Source of the DNA: Candidatus Gallimonas merdigallinarum
GTDB taxonomy: Bacteria; Bacillota; Clostridia; Christensenellales; Borkfalkiaceae
NCBI GenBank assembly: GCA_944346365.1
Contig: CALVMN010000004.1
Location: 3,135 to 67,134, forward strand
Reading direction: 5' to 3'
Length of the DNA stretch: 64,000 nt
Shown: piece by piece, positions 52,321-62,374 of the stretch
How the letters are laid out: every line of letters begins with the position of its first letter
How positions within the stretch are numbered: position 1 is the first letter of the stretch
The notes under the pieces: generated by a model
Databases searched by the model: none
What the model was told of the DNA's origin: nothing
Seen by the model: only the letters and a program-made list of their open reading frames with translations
Translations under genes and position numbers: made by a program

Positions 52321-52352
52321 AAAAACCCTGCGATTTTCGCAGGGTTTTTCTT
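52321..52352 (+). terminator. Rho-independent terminator
   Basis: AAAAACCCTGCG-ATTTT-CGCAGGGTTTTTCTTT. Confidence 0.9.
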
Positions 52353-52516
52353 TGCGGGTACGTTTTATGGTTTTTCGGAGGGGGATAAGCGCAGAAAGGT
52401 ATGCTGCCGCAGGGGCGGCGGGAGTCTGATGAGCGATGGCGGGGAAGCAAAAAAATGAAATTTGCATCTTGCAATCTGCGCGAAGTTGCGGTATAATAAA
52501 ACAAAGGGGAATGAAT

Positions 52517-54469
52517 ATGCAGGATAAACGGTATCTCGAACGGCTCTCCGTTCAGTTTCCCGCCGCTGCCGACGCAGCGACGGAGATCATCAATCTCTCT
52601 TCCGCGCTCAATCTTCCGAAGGGCACGGAGCACTTCATTACGGATATTCACGGAGAATACGAACCTTTTCTCCATATCCTGAAAAACGGGTCGGGGTCTA
52701 TCCGCAAAAAGATCGAAGAGGAGTTCAAAGGCTCGCTCTCGATGAAAGAGAAAAAGTCTCTCGCCACGCTCATCTACTACCCCGAGCAGAAGCTCGCGCA
52801 GATCGAGGCGACGGAAGAGGACCTCGACGACTGGTATAAGACGACGATTTACCGCCTTGTGCGCGTCAACCGCCGCATTGCCTCCAAATATACCCGTTCG
52901 CGGGTGCGGAAGGAATTGCCGCACGATTACGCCTATATCATCGAAGAGCTTTTGAGCGAAAAAGAGGAGGTCGAGGACAAGGAGGCGTACTATAACGGCA
53001 TCATCTCCGCGATCATCTCCACAAAGCGCGCCAGACACTTCGTGATCGCGTTCTGCAACGTCATTCAGCGGCTGGTGGTCGACCGCATTCACATTCTGGG
53101 CGACCTGTTCGACCGCGGTCCCGGGGCGCATATCATCATGGATACCCTGCTCGGGTTCGATAACGTGGATTTTCAGTGGGGGAATCACGATATCTGCTGG
53201 ATGGGCGCGGCAAGCGGAAGCCTTGCCTGCATCGCGTCCGTGGTGCGCATTTCGGCAAAGTACGGCAACTTCAACACCATCGAAAACGGATACGGAATCA
53301 ATCTTCTGCCGCTTGCAAAGTTCGCGCTCGACACCTACGCGGGCGACCCGTGCGACTGCTTCGTCATCAACGGTTCGCAAAGTTACGAGCCGTACGACCC
53401 CGACATGGACCGCAAGATCCACAAGGCGATCACGATCATTCTGTTCAAGCTGGAAGGGCAGCTCATCGCGCGCCATCCCGAGTATAAAATGGAGGGGCGC
53501 CGCCTGCTGGATAAGATCGACCGAAAAGCGGGCACGGTGACCATCGACGGCAAGGCGTATCCGTTGGAGGATAAAAACTTCCCGACGATCGACCCCGCAG
53601 ACCCGTACGCGCTCTCGGCGGGGGAGGAGCTTGTCATGAAAAAGCTCCGCTACGCCTTCGTCAACAGCGAAAAGCTGCAGCGGCATGTCTCCTACCTCTT
53701 TACGCGCGGGAGCATGTACCGCACCTACAACGGCAATCTGCTGTATCACGGCTGCGTGCCGCTCGAAGAGGACGGCTCCTTCAAAAAGGTGCAGATCGGA
53801 AAGAGTTTTTACAGCGGAAAAGCGCTGTTTGACGAGTTGGAGAGTTGGGCGCGCAAGGGCTATTATCTGCCCGACGGCGACGAAAAGACGTTCGGGCAGG
53901 ACACCATGTGGTTTTTGTGGGCGAACGAAAATTCCCCGCTCTACGGCAAGGAGCGCATGACGACGTTCGAGCGCTATTTCGTGAAGGATACGAGCTGTTA
54001 TTACGAGGCGAAAAATTCGTATTATAATTATCTCAACGACAACGGGGTAATCTCCGCCATTTTGAAGGAGTTCGGCTTAGACCCCGATTCGCCCGCGGCG
54101 CACATCATCAACGGACATATGCCCGTACACCTCAAAAACGGCGAAACGCCCATCAAGTGCGGCGGAAGGCTGCTGATGATCGACGGCGGAATGTCCAGAC
54201 CCTATCAGCGGGAGACGGGCATCGCGGGCTATACGCTCATCAGCAATTCGTACGGAATGCGCCTCGTCGCCTATGAGCCGTTCCGTTCGACAGAAGAGGC
54301 GATCCGGAACGAGAGCGATATTCACTCCGTCACAGAAGTGGTGCAAAAGACGAATTACCGCCTCTCCATCCGCGATACGGACGAGGGGCATCGGATGCAG
54401 GAGATGATCGGCGAGCTTTCCGACCTTCTGGAAGCCTACCGTCTGGGCGTTATCCGCGAACTGCATTAA
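52517..54469 (+). CDS. fbp: Fructose-1,6-bisphosphatase class 3
   Basis: TEIINLSSALNLPKGTEHFITDIHGEYEPFLHILKNGSG..., QWGNHD and IINGHMPV closely parallel B. subtilis Fbp. Start at 52517, or at 52511. Confidence 0.93.
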   Translation: MQDKRYLERLSVQFPAAADAATEIINLSSALNLPKGTEHFITDIHGEYEPFLHILKNGSGSIRKKIEEEFKGSLSMKEKKSLATLIYYPEQKLAQIEATEEDLDDWYKTTIYRLVRVNRRIASKYTRSRVRKELPHDYAYIIEELLSEKEEVEDKEAYYNGIISAIISTKRARHFVIAFCNVIQRLVVDRIHILGDLFDRGPGAHIIMDTLLGFDNVDFQWGNHDICWMGAASGSLACIASVVRISAKYGNFNTIENGYGINLLPLAKFALDTYAGDPCDCFVINGSQSYEPYDPDMDRKIHKAITIILFKLEGQLIARHPEYKMEGRRLLDKIDRKAGTVTIDGKAYPLEDKNFPTIDPADPYALSAGEELVMKKLRYAFVNSEKLQRHVSYLFTRGSMYRTYNGNLLYHGCVPLEEDGSFKKVQIGKSFYSGKALFDELESWARKGYYLPDGDEKTFGQDTMWFLWANENSPLYGKERMTTFERYFVKDTSCYYEAKNSYYNYLNDNGVISAILKEFGLDPDSPAAHIINGHMPVHLKNGETPIKCGGRLLMIDGGMSRPYQRETGIAGYTLISNSYGMRLVAYEPFRSTEEAIRNESDIHSVTEVVQKTNYRLSIRDTDEGHRMQEMIGELSDLLEAYRLGVIRELH

Positions 54470-54482
54470 AATGCGATTATGT

Positions 54483-54514
54483 TCCCGCGCAAGCGTTTTT
54501 GCGCGGGAGTTTTC
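54483..54514 (+). terminator. Terminator-like hairpin
   Basis: TCCCGCGC-(10 nt)-GCGCGGGA followed by GTTTT. Confidence 0.55.
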
Positions 54515-54527
54515 AAGGAGATTTTAT

Positions 54528-56168
54528 ATGAAAGTAGTTATTATCGGCGGCGTTGCGGGCGGCGCGACTGCCGCGGCGCGCATCCGCAGGCTGGACGAGC
54601 GCGCCGAAATCGTCATGCTCGAACGCACGGGGTACGTCTCCTACGCCAACTGCGGGTTGCCCTATTACGTGGGCGGCGCGATCGGGGAAGAGGACGCGCT
54701 CACCCTGCAAACGCCGCAGTCCTTCTTCGCGCGCTACCGCGTGGACGTGCGCGTGGGGCACGAGGCGGTGAAGATCGACCGCGCGGGCAGGCGCGTGACG
54801 GTGCGCGACCTCGCGACGGGCAGGACGTACGAGGAGGGCTACGATAAACTGCTCCTCGCGCCCGGCGCAAAGCCCGTGATTCCCGCGGCGGCGCAGACGG
54901 CGGATCCGCGCGTGTTTACGCTCCGCACGGTGGAGGACACCCTCGCCCTGCACGACTTCGTCGCGGGAAACAAGCCCCGCACGGCGGTCGTCGTGGGCGG
55001 CGGATTTATCGGATTGGAGACGGCGGAAAACCTCGTGCGGCGGGGCGTTCACGTCACGCTCATTCAGCGCGGCGACCACGTTCTCGCGCCGCTCGACAGA
55101 GACATGGCGTGCTTTCTGCATGCGGAACTCATTGCGCGGGGCGTCGATCTTCGGCTGAACACGCCCTTCGAGGGACTGCGCGCGGAAAAACAGCTCACCG
55201 TCTGCACGAAAAACGGGGAGATTAACGCCGATCTCGCCGTCATCGCGCTCGGCGTCACGCCCGATACGCAGCTCGCCAAGGAGGCGGGGCTGGAACTCGG
55301 CATGAAGGAGAGCATCGTGACCGACGCGCATATGCGCACATCAGACCCCGATATTTACGCCGCGGGCGACGCGGTGGAAGTGCGGCACTTCGTGACGGGC
55401 GCAAAGGCGCTCATCGCGCTCGCAGGACCTGCAAACAAACAGGGGCGCATCGCGGCGGACAACATCTGCGGCATTCCGAGCGAGTATCGCGGCTCGCAGG
55501 GCTCTTCCGTCATTCAGGTGTTCTCGCGGACAGCGGCGAACACGGGGCTGAACGAAAAGGCGGCGCGTGCCGCGGAACTCGATTACGATAAAGTGATCCT
55601 CTCGCCCGCAAACCATGCGACCTATTATCCCGGGGCGCAGCTCATGACGATGAAAGTGCTGTTTGAACGGGGTACGCGGCGCATTCTCGGCGCGCAGATC
55701 GTCGGCGGCGCGGGGACGGATAAGCGCATCGACGTGCTTGCGACCGCGATCCGCGCAGGGCTTACGGCGGACGAACTCAAAGATCTGGACCTTGCCTATG
55801 CGCCGCCCTATTCGTCGGCGAAAGACCCCGTGAACATGGCGGGATATATGATCGACAACGTGCTTTCGGGGAGGGTGAAACAGTTCTTCTGCGAAGATCT
55901 CGCCGCCCTGCCCAAGGACGGGAGCGTGCTTTTGCTCGATACGCGCACGCGCGGAGAATACGCGCGCGGGCATGCCGACGGCTTTTTCAACCTGCCGCTC
56001 GACGAACTGCGCGAACGGCTCTCCGAGCTTGACAAAGGCAAGAAGGTTTACGTCATGTGCCAGAGCGGACTCCGCAGTTACCTCGCGTGCCGCATTCTCG
56101 CGCAGAACGGGTTCGATTGCTTCAACTTTGCGGGCGGTTACCGCTACTATGCGGTAGTTCACGCATAA
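54528..56168 (+). CDS. CoA-disulfide reductase / NADH oxidase-family flavoprotein with a C-terminal rhodanese domain
   Basis: MKVVIIGGVAGGATAAARIRRL, redox Cys in YVSYANCGLPYY, and rhodanese active-site loop VYVMCQSGLRS. Confidence 0.85.
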   Translation: MKVVIIGGVAGGATAAARIRRLDERAEIVMLERTGYVSYANCGLPYYVGGAIGEEDALTLQTPQSFFARYRVDVRVGHEAVKIDRAGRRVTVRDLATGRTYEEGYDKLLLAPGAKPVIPAAAQTADPRVFTLRTVEDTLALHDFVAGNKPRTAVVVGGGFIGLETAENLVRRGVHVTLIQRGDHVLAPLDRDMACFLHAELIARGVDLRLNTPFEGLRAEKQLTVCTKNGEINADLAVIALGVTPDTQLAKEAGLELGMKESIVTDAHMRTSDPDIYAAGDAVEVRHFVTGAKALIALAGPANKQGRIAADNICGIPSEYRGSQGSSVIQVFSRTAANTGLNEKAARAAELDYDKVILSPANHATYYPGAQLMTMKVLFERGTRRILGAQIVGGAGTDKRIDVLATAIRAGLTADELKDLDLAYAPPYSSAKDPVNMAGYMIDNVLSGRVKQFFCEDLAALPKDGSVLLLDTRTRGEYARGHADGFFNLPLDELRERLSELDKGKKVYVMCQSGLRSYLACRILAQNGFDCFNFAGGYRYYAVVHA

Positions 56169-56188
56169 CATACGCACAGTCAAAGAAT

Positions 56189-56219
56189 GCGCGCCCGCGG
56201 CAGTCTGCCGCGGGCGCGC
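56189..56219. terminator. Bidirectional GC-rich hairpin terminator
   Basis: GCGCGCCCGCGGCAG-T-CTGCCGCGGGCGCGC, a near-perfect palindrome between convergent genes. Confidence 0.65.
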
Positions 56220-56244
56220 CTTATCTCTGTATGGAAAGGCGGCG

Positions 56245-57429
56245 TTATACGAATTTCGTCTCGTACTCGTTGGTCGCAACGCCCGTCAGAACGTTGTACA
56301 GGTCGTTTGCGCGCACGTCCGTCAGGAAGCATTCGAGCGCGGACTTCGTCAGCTTGCTGAAGTCGCTCTTGCGCACGACGGCGGGGAACGCGCCGCCGTT
56401 CAGATCGTTTAAAATCTCTTCCGCGGCGGAACTCCTGACGGCGAGCGTCTTATAGTAGAGCGGCGCTTCCGCAAAGTCCTGCACCGCCTCGCGGGTGATT
56501 TTGAGGAAGTTCTGCGCGAGAATGCGTTTGAGCCGCGCGAGCGTATATCGCTTGGAGACGACTTTTTTCAGCATTTCGTCGTACGCGGGCGTGCTCCGCG
56601 CAATGGATTTCAGGCGGTTTTCCAAGCCTTCGGAACAGTCGGGGCAGCGCGCGACCGCCGCTTCGTCCGCCGCAACGAGTGCGGCGAGCGCGGCTTTTTC
56701 ATAGGGCGTGGGGGCGTACCCGAGCGCCGCCCGCCAGACGTGCAGGGGCAGATTGTTTTTCAGCGCCTTTTTCGCCTTGCGCGAGCCGTCCCGCATCGCG
56801 CCGCGCAGCGCGGTTGCGGACGAGAAGTCCTTAAAGAGCGCCGTATCGGCGTACCCGCCGCCCACGCGGGGAATGGGGAGCGGGTCGATCGCGCTTCCCG
56901 CCGCGAGCAGGGCGCGGCAGTACTCCGTTCCGAGGATGTTGTTGGGGGAAGAGAGGAGCGCCTCGTCCACGTCTGCACCTGCGGCGAGGAGAGCTGCGTT
57001 GCGCGCGCGGACGTAGGAAGTGCCGTCCTTCATGTTTTCTTTGAGCGCCGCTTTGAACTGCTTGCTCTCGTTGAGCGTTGCGTGCGCGGTGCGCAGGAAA
57101 TCCTCCTTTGTCCCGCTCTCACAGCCGAAGGCGAGGCGGGTCACGCAGGGGAGGGACGAGAGGATATGCGCCGCGCCCTTTGCAAAGTGTTCCGCCGAAG
57201 AGACGGCGAACGCCGCGGGCAGTTCCAATACGACGTCCGCGCCGCCCTCGACGGCGTGTTTTGCGCGTTCGTATTTTTCAAAGACCGCCGCGTCTCCCCG
57301 CTGGGTGAAATTCCCGCTCATGATGCAGAGAATCCCGTCGCACCCGCTTTGCTCGCGGATCTGTCCGAGCTGATATTTATGCCCGTTGTGGAAGGGGTTA
57401 TATTCGCAAATTACAGCACAATATTTCAT
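56245..57429 (-). CDS. tmcAL: tRNA(Met) cytidine acetate ligase (YlbM/UPF0348)
   Basis: MKYCAVICEYNPFHNGHKYQL...IMSGNFTQRGD is the family signature. Confidence 0.88.
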   Translation of the reverse strand: MKYCAVICEYNPFHNGHKYQLGQIREQSGCDGILCIMSGNFTQRGDAAVFEKYERAKHAVEGGADVVLELPAAFAVSSAEHFAKGAAHILSSLPCVTRLAFGCESGTKEDFLRTAHATLNESKQFKAALKENMKDGTSYVRARNAALLAAGADVDEALLSSPNNILGTEYCRALLAAGSAIDPLPIPRVGGGYADTALFKDFSSATALRGAMRDGSRKAKKALKNNLPLHVWRAALGYAPTPYEKAALAALVAADEAAVARCPDCSEGLENRLKSIARSTPAYDEMLKKVVSKRYTLARLKRILAQNFLKITREAVQDFAEAPLYYKTLAVRSSAAEEILNDLNGGAFPAVVRKSDFSKLTKSALECFLTDVRANDLYNVLTGVATNEYETKFV

Positions 57430-57448
57430 TGAAATTTCCCTCGTGTTC

Positions 57449-57477
57449 TTTACAAGTTGCGCAAAAAGGTGTATAAT
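57449..57477 (+). promoter_or_regulatory. Promoter of pta-ackA
   Basis: TTTACA (57449-54), 17 nt, TATAAT (57472-77). Confidence 0.5.
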
Positions 57478-57552
57478 AGGAGCGTGATTGTTCTTCCGCT
57501 CTCATTATACATGAAACGCGGGGAAAAAGAAAGAGTTTAAGGAGAAATTTTT

Positions 57553-58608
57553 ATGGCAGACTTCATGCGTAAGGTCAAAGCGTTTGGAAGAAAGCTTGTT
57601 GAAAGCGGCTCGATCGTGGAAGATCTGAAAAAGCGCGCGGGGGAAAAACAGCGCAGGATCGTTCTGTGCGAAGGCGAGGATCAGCGCGTCGTCGAGGCGG
57701 CGCAGCGCTGCGTGGAGGAGAATGTCGCAAAGATCGTCCTGCTCGGCAAGGAGTCGGAGATCCGCGCGGCGAATCCCGACGTCGATCTCGAAGGCGTCGA
57801 GATCATCAATCCCGCGTCCTCCCCTAAATTGCAGGAGTACGCCGACCTCTTATACGAACTGCGCAAGGCGAAGGGCATGACGCCCGAGCAGGCGCTCGAA
57901 CAGGCGAAAGACAGCACGTTCTTCGGCGCGCTGATGCTCAAATCCGGAGACGCGGACGGGCTTGTCTCGGGCGCGTGCCACTCCACCGCGAACACGCTGC
58001 GCCCCGGGTTGCAGATCATCAAGACCGCGCCCGGCGTGAGCGCCGTTTCCAGCTTCAATCTGATGATCGCGCCCGCGGGCGGGAACAAATATCTTGACGA
58101 CGGGCTGATCTTCTTCGCAGACTGCGGGCTGAATCCCACCTATACGGCGGAAGGACTTGCGGACTGCGCCATCGCGACGGCGAAGAGCGCGAAGGAGATC
58201 GCGGGGATCGAACCCTGCGTGGCAATGCTTTCCTTCTCCACGATGGGCAGCGCCAAGCACGACAACGTCACGCTCGTGCAGGAAGCGACGCGCATCGCCA
58301 AGGAAAAAGCGCCCGATCTCGCGCTCGACGGCGAACTGCAATTCGACGCCGCGCTCGTGCCCGAAGTTGCCGCGCTCAAAGCGCCCAAGTCGCGGGTTGC
58401 TGGTCACGCGAACGTGTGCATCTTCCCCGACTTGCAAGCAGGCAACATCGGCTATAAGATCGCGGAACGCCTCGGCGGATTCCAGGCGATCGGACCCATC
58501 TGTCAGGGATTCGCAAAACCGCTCAACGACCTTTCGCGCGGGTGCAAGGCTTCGGACATCGTGTGCGCCGTGGCGATCACCGCGCTGCAGGTCCGCGACG
58601 ATCAGTAA
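57553..58608 (+). CDS. pta: Phosphate acetyltransferase
   Basis: PTA_PTB fold: RIVLCEGEDQRVVEAA..., GLVSGACHSTANTLRP and ANVCIFPDLQAGNIGYK. Confidence 0.93.
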   Translation: MADFMRKVKAFGRKLVESGSIVEDLKKRAGEKQRRIVLCEGEDQRVVEAAQRCVEENVAKIVLLGKESEIRAANPDVDLEGVEIINPASSPKLQEYADLLYELRKAKGMTPEQALEQAKDSTFFGALMLKSGDADGLVSGACHSTANTLRPGLQIIKTAPGVSAVSSFNLMIAPAGGNKYLDDGLIFFADCGLNPTYTAEGLADCAIATAKSAKEIAGIEPCVAMLSFSTMGSAKHDNVTLVQEATRIAKEKAPDLALDGELQFDAALVPEVAALKAPKSRVAGHANVCIFPDLQAGNIGYKIAERLGGFQAIGPICQGFAKPLNDLSRGCKASDIVCAVAITALQVRDDQ

Positions 58609-58647
58609 ATTTACCAAAGAAAAAAACGCAAAGGGGAACGGAGAATT

Positions 58648-59841
58648 ATGAAAATTCTTGTCATTAACGCAGGCAGCTCTTCGCTCAAATATCAGCTCAT
58701 CAACAACGAGACGGAGGAAGTGCTGGCAAAAGGCACCGTCGAGCGCATCGGCATCAAGGGCGGCAAGCTCACGCACAAGGCGGGCGGAAAGGAATTTGTC
58801 ATCGAAAAAGAGATCAAAGACCATACGCAGGCGATCCAGCTCGTTTTAAACGAGCTGATCGACGGCGAGGCGGGCGTCATCAAATCGATGGCCGAGATCG
58901 ACGCAGTCGGTCACCGCGTCGTCGCGTCGGGCGAGGCGTTCAAAAAGACGACGCTCGTCACCGACGAGGTCATGAAGACGATGGACGAGATCGCGGAACT
59001 CGCGCCGCTTCACAATCCCGCGGCGATCCTCGGCGTGAACGCCTGCCGCGCGGTCATGCCCGACAAGAAGATGGCGCTCGTGTTCGATACGTCTTTCCAC
59101 GCGACGATGCCCGACTACGCCTATCTCTACGCCATCGATTACGACGATTACAAGACCTATCAGGTGCGCAAATACGGCGCGCACGGCACTTCGCACAAGT
59201 ACGTTTCGCAGGCGGCGGCGGAGTACCTCGGCAAGAAGCCCGAGGAGCTGAAAATCATCACCTGCCATCTGGGGAACGGTTCGTCTATCTCCGCGGTGGA
59301 CGGCGGCAAGTGCATCGATACGTCGATGGGCTTCACGCCCCTTGCGGGCGTTCCCATGGGAACGCGCAGCGGCGACATTGACGCGGCTGCCGTGGAGTTC
59401 CTCTGCCGCAAGAAGGGCATGAACATTCACGACGGGCTCACCTACCTCAATAAAAAGTGCGGTATGCTGGGGATCTCGGGCGTCTCTTCCGACTACCGCG
59501 ACCTCACGGCGGCGGCGAAAGAGGGCAATTACCGCGCGCGGCTCGCGCTGAATATGTTCTCTTATGCCTGTAAGAAGTACGTCGGTTCGTACATGGCTGC
59601 GCTCGGCGGACTGGACGTGATCGTATTCACGGCGGGCGTCGGCGAGAATACGCCGCATATCCGCGCGTCCATTCTCAAAGATATGGAGTTCTTCGGCATC
59701 GAAATCGACGAGGCGAAGAACGAATACAAAAACGACGGCGCCATTCATGAGATCTCCAAAGACAGCTCGCGCGTCAAAGTGCTCGTCATTCCGACAAATG
59801 AGGAACTCGTCATTGCACGCGAGACGGCTGCGCTCCTCTGA
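58648..59841 (+). CDS. ackA: Acetate kinase
   Basis: MKILVINAGSSSLKYQL..., GHRVV, FDTSFH and VFTAGVGEN. Confidence 0.96.
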   Translation: MKILVINAGSSSLKYQLINNETEEVLAKGTVERIGIKGGKLTHKAGGKEFVIEKEIKDHTQAIQLVLNELIDGEAGVIKSMAEIDAVGHRVVASGEAFKKTTLVTDEVMKTMDEIAELAPLHNPAAILGVNACRAVMPDKKMALVFDTSFHATMPDYAYLYAIDYDDYKTYQVRKYGAHGTSHKYVSQAAAEYLGKKPEELKIITCHLGNGSSISAVDGGKCIDTSMGFTPLAGVPMGTRSGDIDAAAVEFLCRKKGMNIHDGLTYLNKKCGMLGISGVSSDYRDLTAAAKEGNYRARLALNMFSYACKKYVGSYMAALGGLDVIVFTAGVGENTPHIRASILKDMEFFGIEIDEAKNEYKNDGAIHEISKDSSRVKVLVIPTNEELVIARETAALL

Positions 59842-59877
59842 TTTTTGTAAAATCTTGCAAATGGGCGTGAAAAAAGA

Positions 59878-59906
59878 TTGACAAAGCGGCGCAAATCGCC
59901 TATACT
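59878..59906 (+). promoter_or_regulatory. Promoter of yceD-rpmF (very short leader)
   Basis: TTGACA (59878-83), 17 nt, TATACT (59901-06). The ATG at 59918 is 11 nt after the -10. Confidence 0.45.
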
Positions 59907-59917
59907 TTTGTAAGTCA

Positions 59918-60325
59918 ATGATCCCTGAAATCGACGTCCGTAAACTAACGGCGAAAAAAATTTCAGAGGGTGCGCTCGCATTTACCTTCACGGCAGACGC
60001 GGATCTTCTCGATATCCCGTTCGTCGGATTTGAAGGGGAAACGGAGGCGGAACTCACCTATCGTATTTTTGAGGACGATAGCGTTGAAGTAACGGGGCGC
60101 ATCGCGTTTGTGCTGAAAGGCGCCTGTTCGCGGTGCCTCAGAGAGGCGCGTACGCGGTTCACGGGCGACGTGGAAGGAGTTTTCTTCCCCGGCGAAAGCG
60201 ACGGCGAAAATTACGGTTACGCAGGCGGTAAGATCGATCTTACGGAGCTGATGCGCGATTCCGTGATGTTTGCACTTCCCGCAAGGCTTCTGTGCGATGC
60301 GTGTACGCAATGGGAAAACGAATAA
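59918..60325 (+). CDS. yceD: YceD/DUF177 family protein
   Basis: 135 aa with Cys pairs CSRC...CDAC, directly upstream of rpmF as in most bacteria. Confidence 0.8.
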   Translation: MIPEIDVRKLTAKKISEGALAFTFTADADLLDIPFVGFEGETEAELTYRIFEDDSVEVTGRIAFVLKGACSRCLREARTRFTGDVEGVFFPGESDGENYGYAGGKIDLTELMRDSVMFALPARLLCDACTQWENE

Positions 60326-60341
60326 AAAGAGGTGAAAGAGA

Positions 60342-60530
60342 ATGGCAGTTCCTAAGAGAAAGCAGTCGAAGAGCAGAACCAACAAGCGTTTTGCCAATTA
60401 CAAGGCTACGGCGCCCGAGCTCGTCGAGTGCCCGCATTGCCACGAGCTGAAAGTTGCGCACCGCGTGTGCAAGAACTGCGGCTATTATGACGGCAAAGAA
60501 GTTGTTGCCGAGCAGCAGGAAACGAAGTAA
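60342..60530 (+). CDS. rpmF: 50S ribosomal protein L32 (zinc-binding form)
   Basis: MAVPKRKQSKSRTNKR...CPHCHELKVAHRVCKNCGYY. Confidence 0.97.
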   Translation: MAVPKRKQSKSRTNKRFANYKATAPELVECPHCHELKVAHRVCKNCGYYDGKEVVAEQQETK

Positions 60531-60546
60531 GCGAGATACAACCGAG

Positions 60547-60577
60547 GAAGCGGACTTTCGGAAGCCCGCTTCTTTTC
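60547..60577 (+). terminator. Rho-independent terminator
   Basis: GAAGCGGACTT-TCGG-AAGCCCGCTTC followed by TTTTC. Confidence 0.75.
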
Positions 60578-60616
60578 ATACAGTTGTTCCGGGAAAGGGA
60601 GGGCGGCGCCGTGCAG

Positions 60617-61612
60617 ATGGTCGGAAATTCGTTAAAGAATTTTTTGAAGTGCCTTATCTATATTTTTGTGCCGCTGGGCTGTATTTTTCTCGGGCTTCTG
60701 TTCGGCGTGCAGCTCTTTCTGGACGAGCTTGCCGTGCAGGCGGACTACGTCATGACGCAGATCTCCGAACTCGTTGACGGCACGGAAGAACAGGTCGATA
60801 ATCTGGTCGATTTCGTCATTTCGTCCTTCCGCGAGCTGGATTGGAGCGAGCCGCTGAGCACGCTTTCCTTTCTTCTGCAAGGCGATTGGATCGCGGCGCG
60901 CATTGCGGAGTTCTTGCAGCTCACCGTCGAGGAGGCTGCCGCGCTCGAAGAGCAGGTCGTCGCCATCGCCTCGAACGTGGCGGCGGCGCTGTCGGGGAAA
61001 CTGCACACGCTCGTCCTTTGCGTGGGCGTCGGCGTCGTCGTCGGCTACTTCGTAACGAACTATTTCGTGCGCAAAAGTACGGTCAGACGCGGTTTTTGGG
61101 GATTCTGGATCGCCGCGATCGCGGACGCCGTGCTTACGGTCACGCTGATCGCGTTCGTCACATGGCTGCTTACCGTATCCAGCGCGGGCGCGGCCGTCTC
61201 GGGGATTGCGGGCGCGCTCACGTTCGGGTTCGTCGCGCTGTTCGAGGCGTACCTGCTGCACGGGCAGGGGAAGATCCGCTTCCGCAAGGTCGTCAATCTC
61301 GGCAACTGCGTGTGGGTGTGGGTATCTCAGGTCGCAGTCCTGATTGCGGCAGCCGCCGTTTCCGCGCTGCTCATGTGGCTTACGAAGTCCTTCGTTGCGG
61401 TCGCGCTCGTGCTGTCCGTCATCATCATCGCGCTTCTCATTATCAACGTGAACGCGGAATCGTATGTGGACAGTCTCGTGCGCAAACTTCCCGCGGGTGA
61501 GGCGCGCGCCAAAAAACGCGGGCATCAGGAAAGCGATCCGGTGCGTCCGCGGCAGAGCTTTGCGGCGGAAGAACCGATTGCAGATAAAGCAAACGATCAG
61601 GGAGGGAAATAA
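60617..61612 (+). CDS. Multi-pass membrane protein (hypothetical)
   Basis: Start uncertain (ATG 60617 or GTG 60611, after GGGAGG). Several hydrophobic segments and a charged C-terminal tail. Confidence 0.6.
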   Translation: MVGNSLKNFLKCLIYIFVPLGCIFLGLLFGVQLFLDELAVQADYVMTQISELVDGTEEQVDNLVDFVISSFRELDWSEPLSTLSFLLQGDWIAARIAEFLQLTVEEAAALEEQVVAIASNVAAALSGKLHTLVLCVGVGVVVGYFVTNYFVRKSTVRRGFWGFWIAAIADAVLTVTLIAFVTWLLTVSSAGAAVSGIAGALTFGFVALFEAYLLHGQGKIRFRKVVNLGNCVWVWVSQVAVLIAAAAVSALLMWLTKSFVAVALVLSVIIIALLIINVNAESYVDSLVRKLPAGEARAKKRGHQESDPVRPRQSFAAEEPIADKANDQGGK

Positions 61613-61615
61613 ACG

Positions 61616-62248
61616 ATGAACAAGACGGCTTTTTACAATCTTTCGTACGGCGTGTACGTATGCACTTCGTGGGACGAAGGGCGTCCCGTGGGTTGCGTCG
61701 CCAACAGCGCGATGCAGATCACTTCGTCGCCCGCGACCATCGCGGTATCGCTCAATCACGATAACTACACCAACAAGTGCGTGAGCGATACGGGGCGGTT
61801 CGCGATCGCCGTGCTCGGCGAGAACGTCGATCCCAAGCTCATCGGAAGGTTCGGCTTTGCCTCGTCGAAGGATACGGACAAATTCGCCGAAACGCCGTAC
61901 GCCGTGCGCGGGAAAATGCCCGTGATCGACGACTGCGTGTGCTGGTTCTCCTGCAAAGTCATCGATAAGATGGAGACGGCGACGCACACCGTGTTCCTGG
62001 GAGAAGTGCTGGACGCGGACGTGCTCAAAAAGGACGCGGCCATGACGTACGCCTACTACCATAAGGTGCTCAAAGGCAAGACGGCGGCGAACGCGCCCAC
62101 CTATCAGGCGGAAGAAAAGAGCGCGGGCAAATACGTGTGCAAAATCTGCAAGTACGAGTACGACGGGGAAACGCCCTTCGAGGAGCTTCCCGACGATTGG
62201 ACCTGCCCGATCTGCGGCGCGCCAAAATCTCAGTTTGAAAAGAAATAA
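61616..62248 (+). CDS. Flavin reductase-like domain fused to a rubredoxin (high-molecular-weight rubredoxin type)
   Basis: The N-terminus is a flavin reductase split-barrel pattern. The C-terminus [35 protein letters not shown] is a canonical rubredoxin. Confidence 0.85.
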   Translation: MNKTAFYNLSYGVYVCTSWDEGRPVGCVANSAMQITSSPATIAVSLNHDNYTNKCVSDTGRFAIAVLGENVDPKLIGRFGFASSKDTDKFAETPYAVRGKMPVIDDCVCWFSCKVIDKMETATHTVFLGEVLDADVLKKDAAMTYAYYHKVLKGKTAANAPTYQAEEKSAGKYVCKICKYEYDGETPFEELPDDWTCPICGAPKSQFEKK

Positions 62249-62260
62249 TGCTAAAAATCA

Positions 62261-62291
62261 GAGAGCGGCGGGGCTTTGCCGCTCTTTTTTT
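62261..62291 (+). terminator. Rho-independent terminator
   Basis: GAGCGGC-(8 nt)-GCCGCTC followed by T7. Confidence 0.8.
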
Positions 62292-62303
62292 GCAAAAAAA
62301 CAC

Positions 62304-62332
62304 TTGACATCGATACCAAGATAGGGTATAAT
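62304..62332 (+). promoter_or_regulatory. Consensus promoter of csoR-copA
   Basis: TTGACA (62304-09), 17 nt, TATAAT (62327-32). Confidence 0.6.
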
Positions 62333-62336
62333 AAAA

Positions 62337-62353
62337 ATACCCACACAGGGTAA
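62337..62353. promoter_or_regulatory. CsoR-type operator
   Basis: ATACCC-ACACA-GGGTAA inverted repeat at the predicted start site. An additional GGGTAT (62324-29) pairs with ATACCC (62337-42). Confidence 0.55.
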
Positions 62354-62374
62354 AATACACAAGGAGAGAATAAA

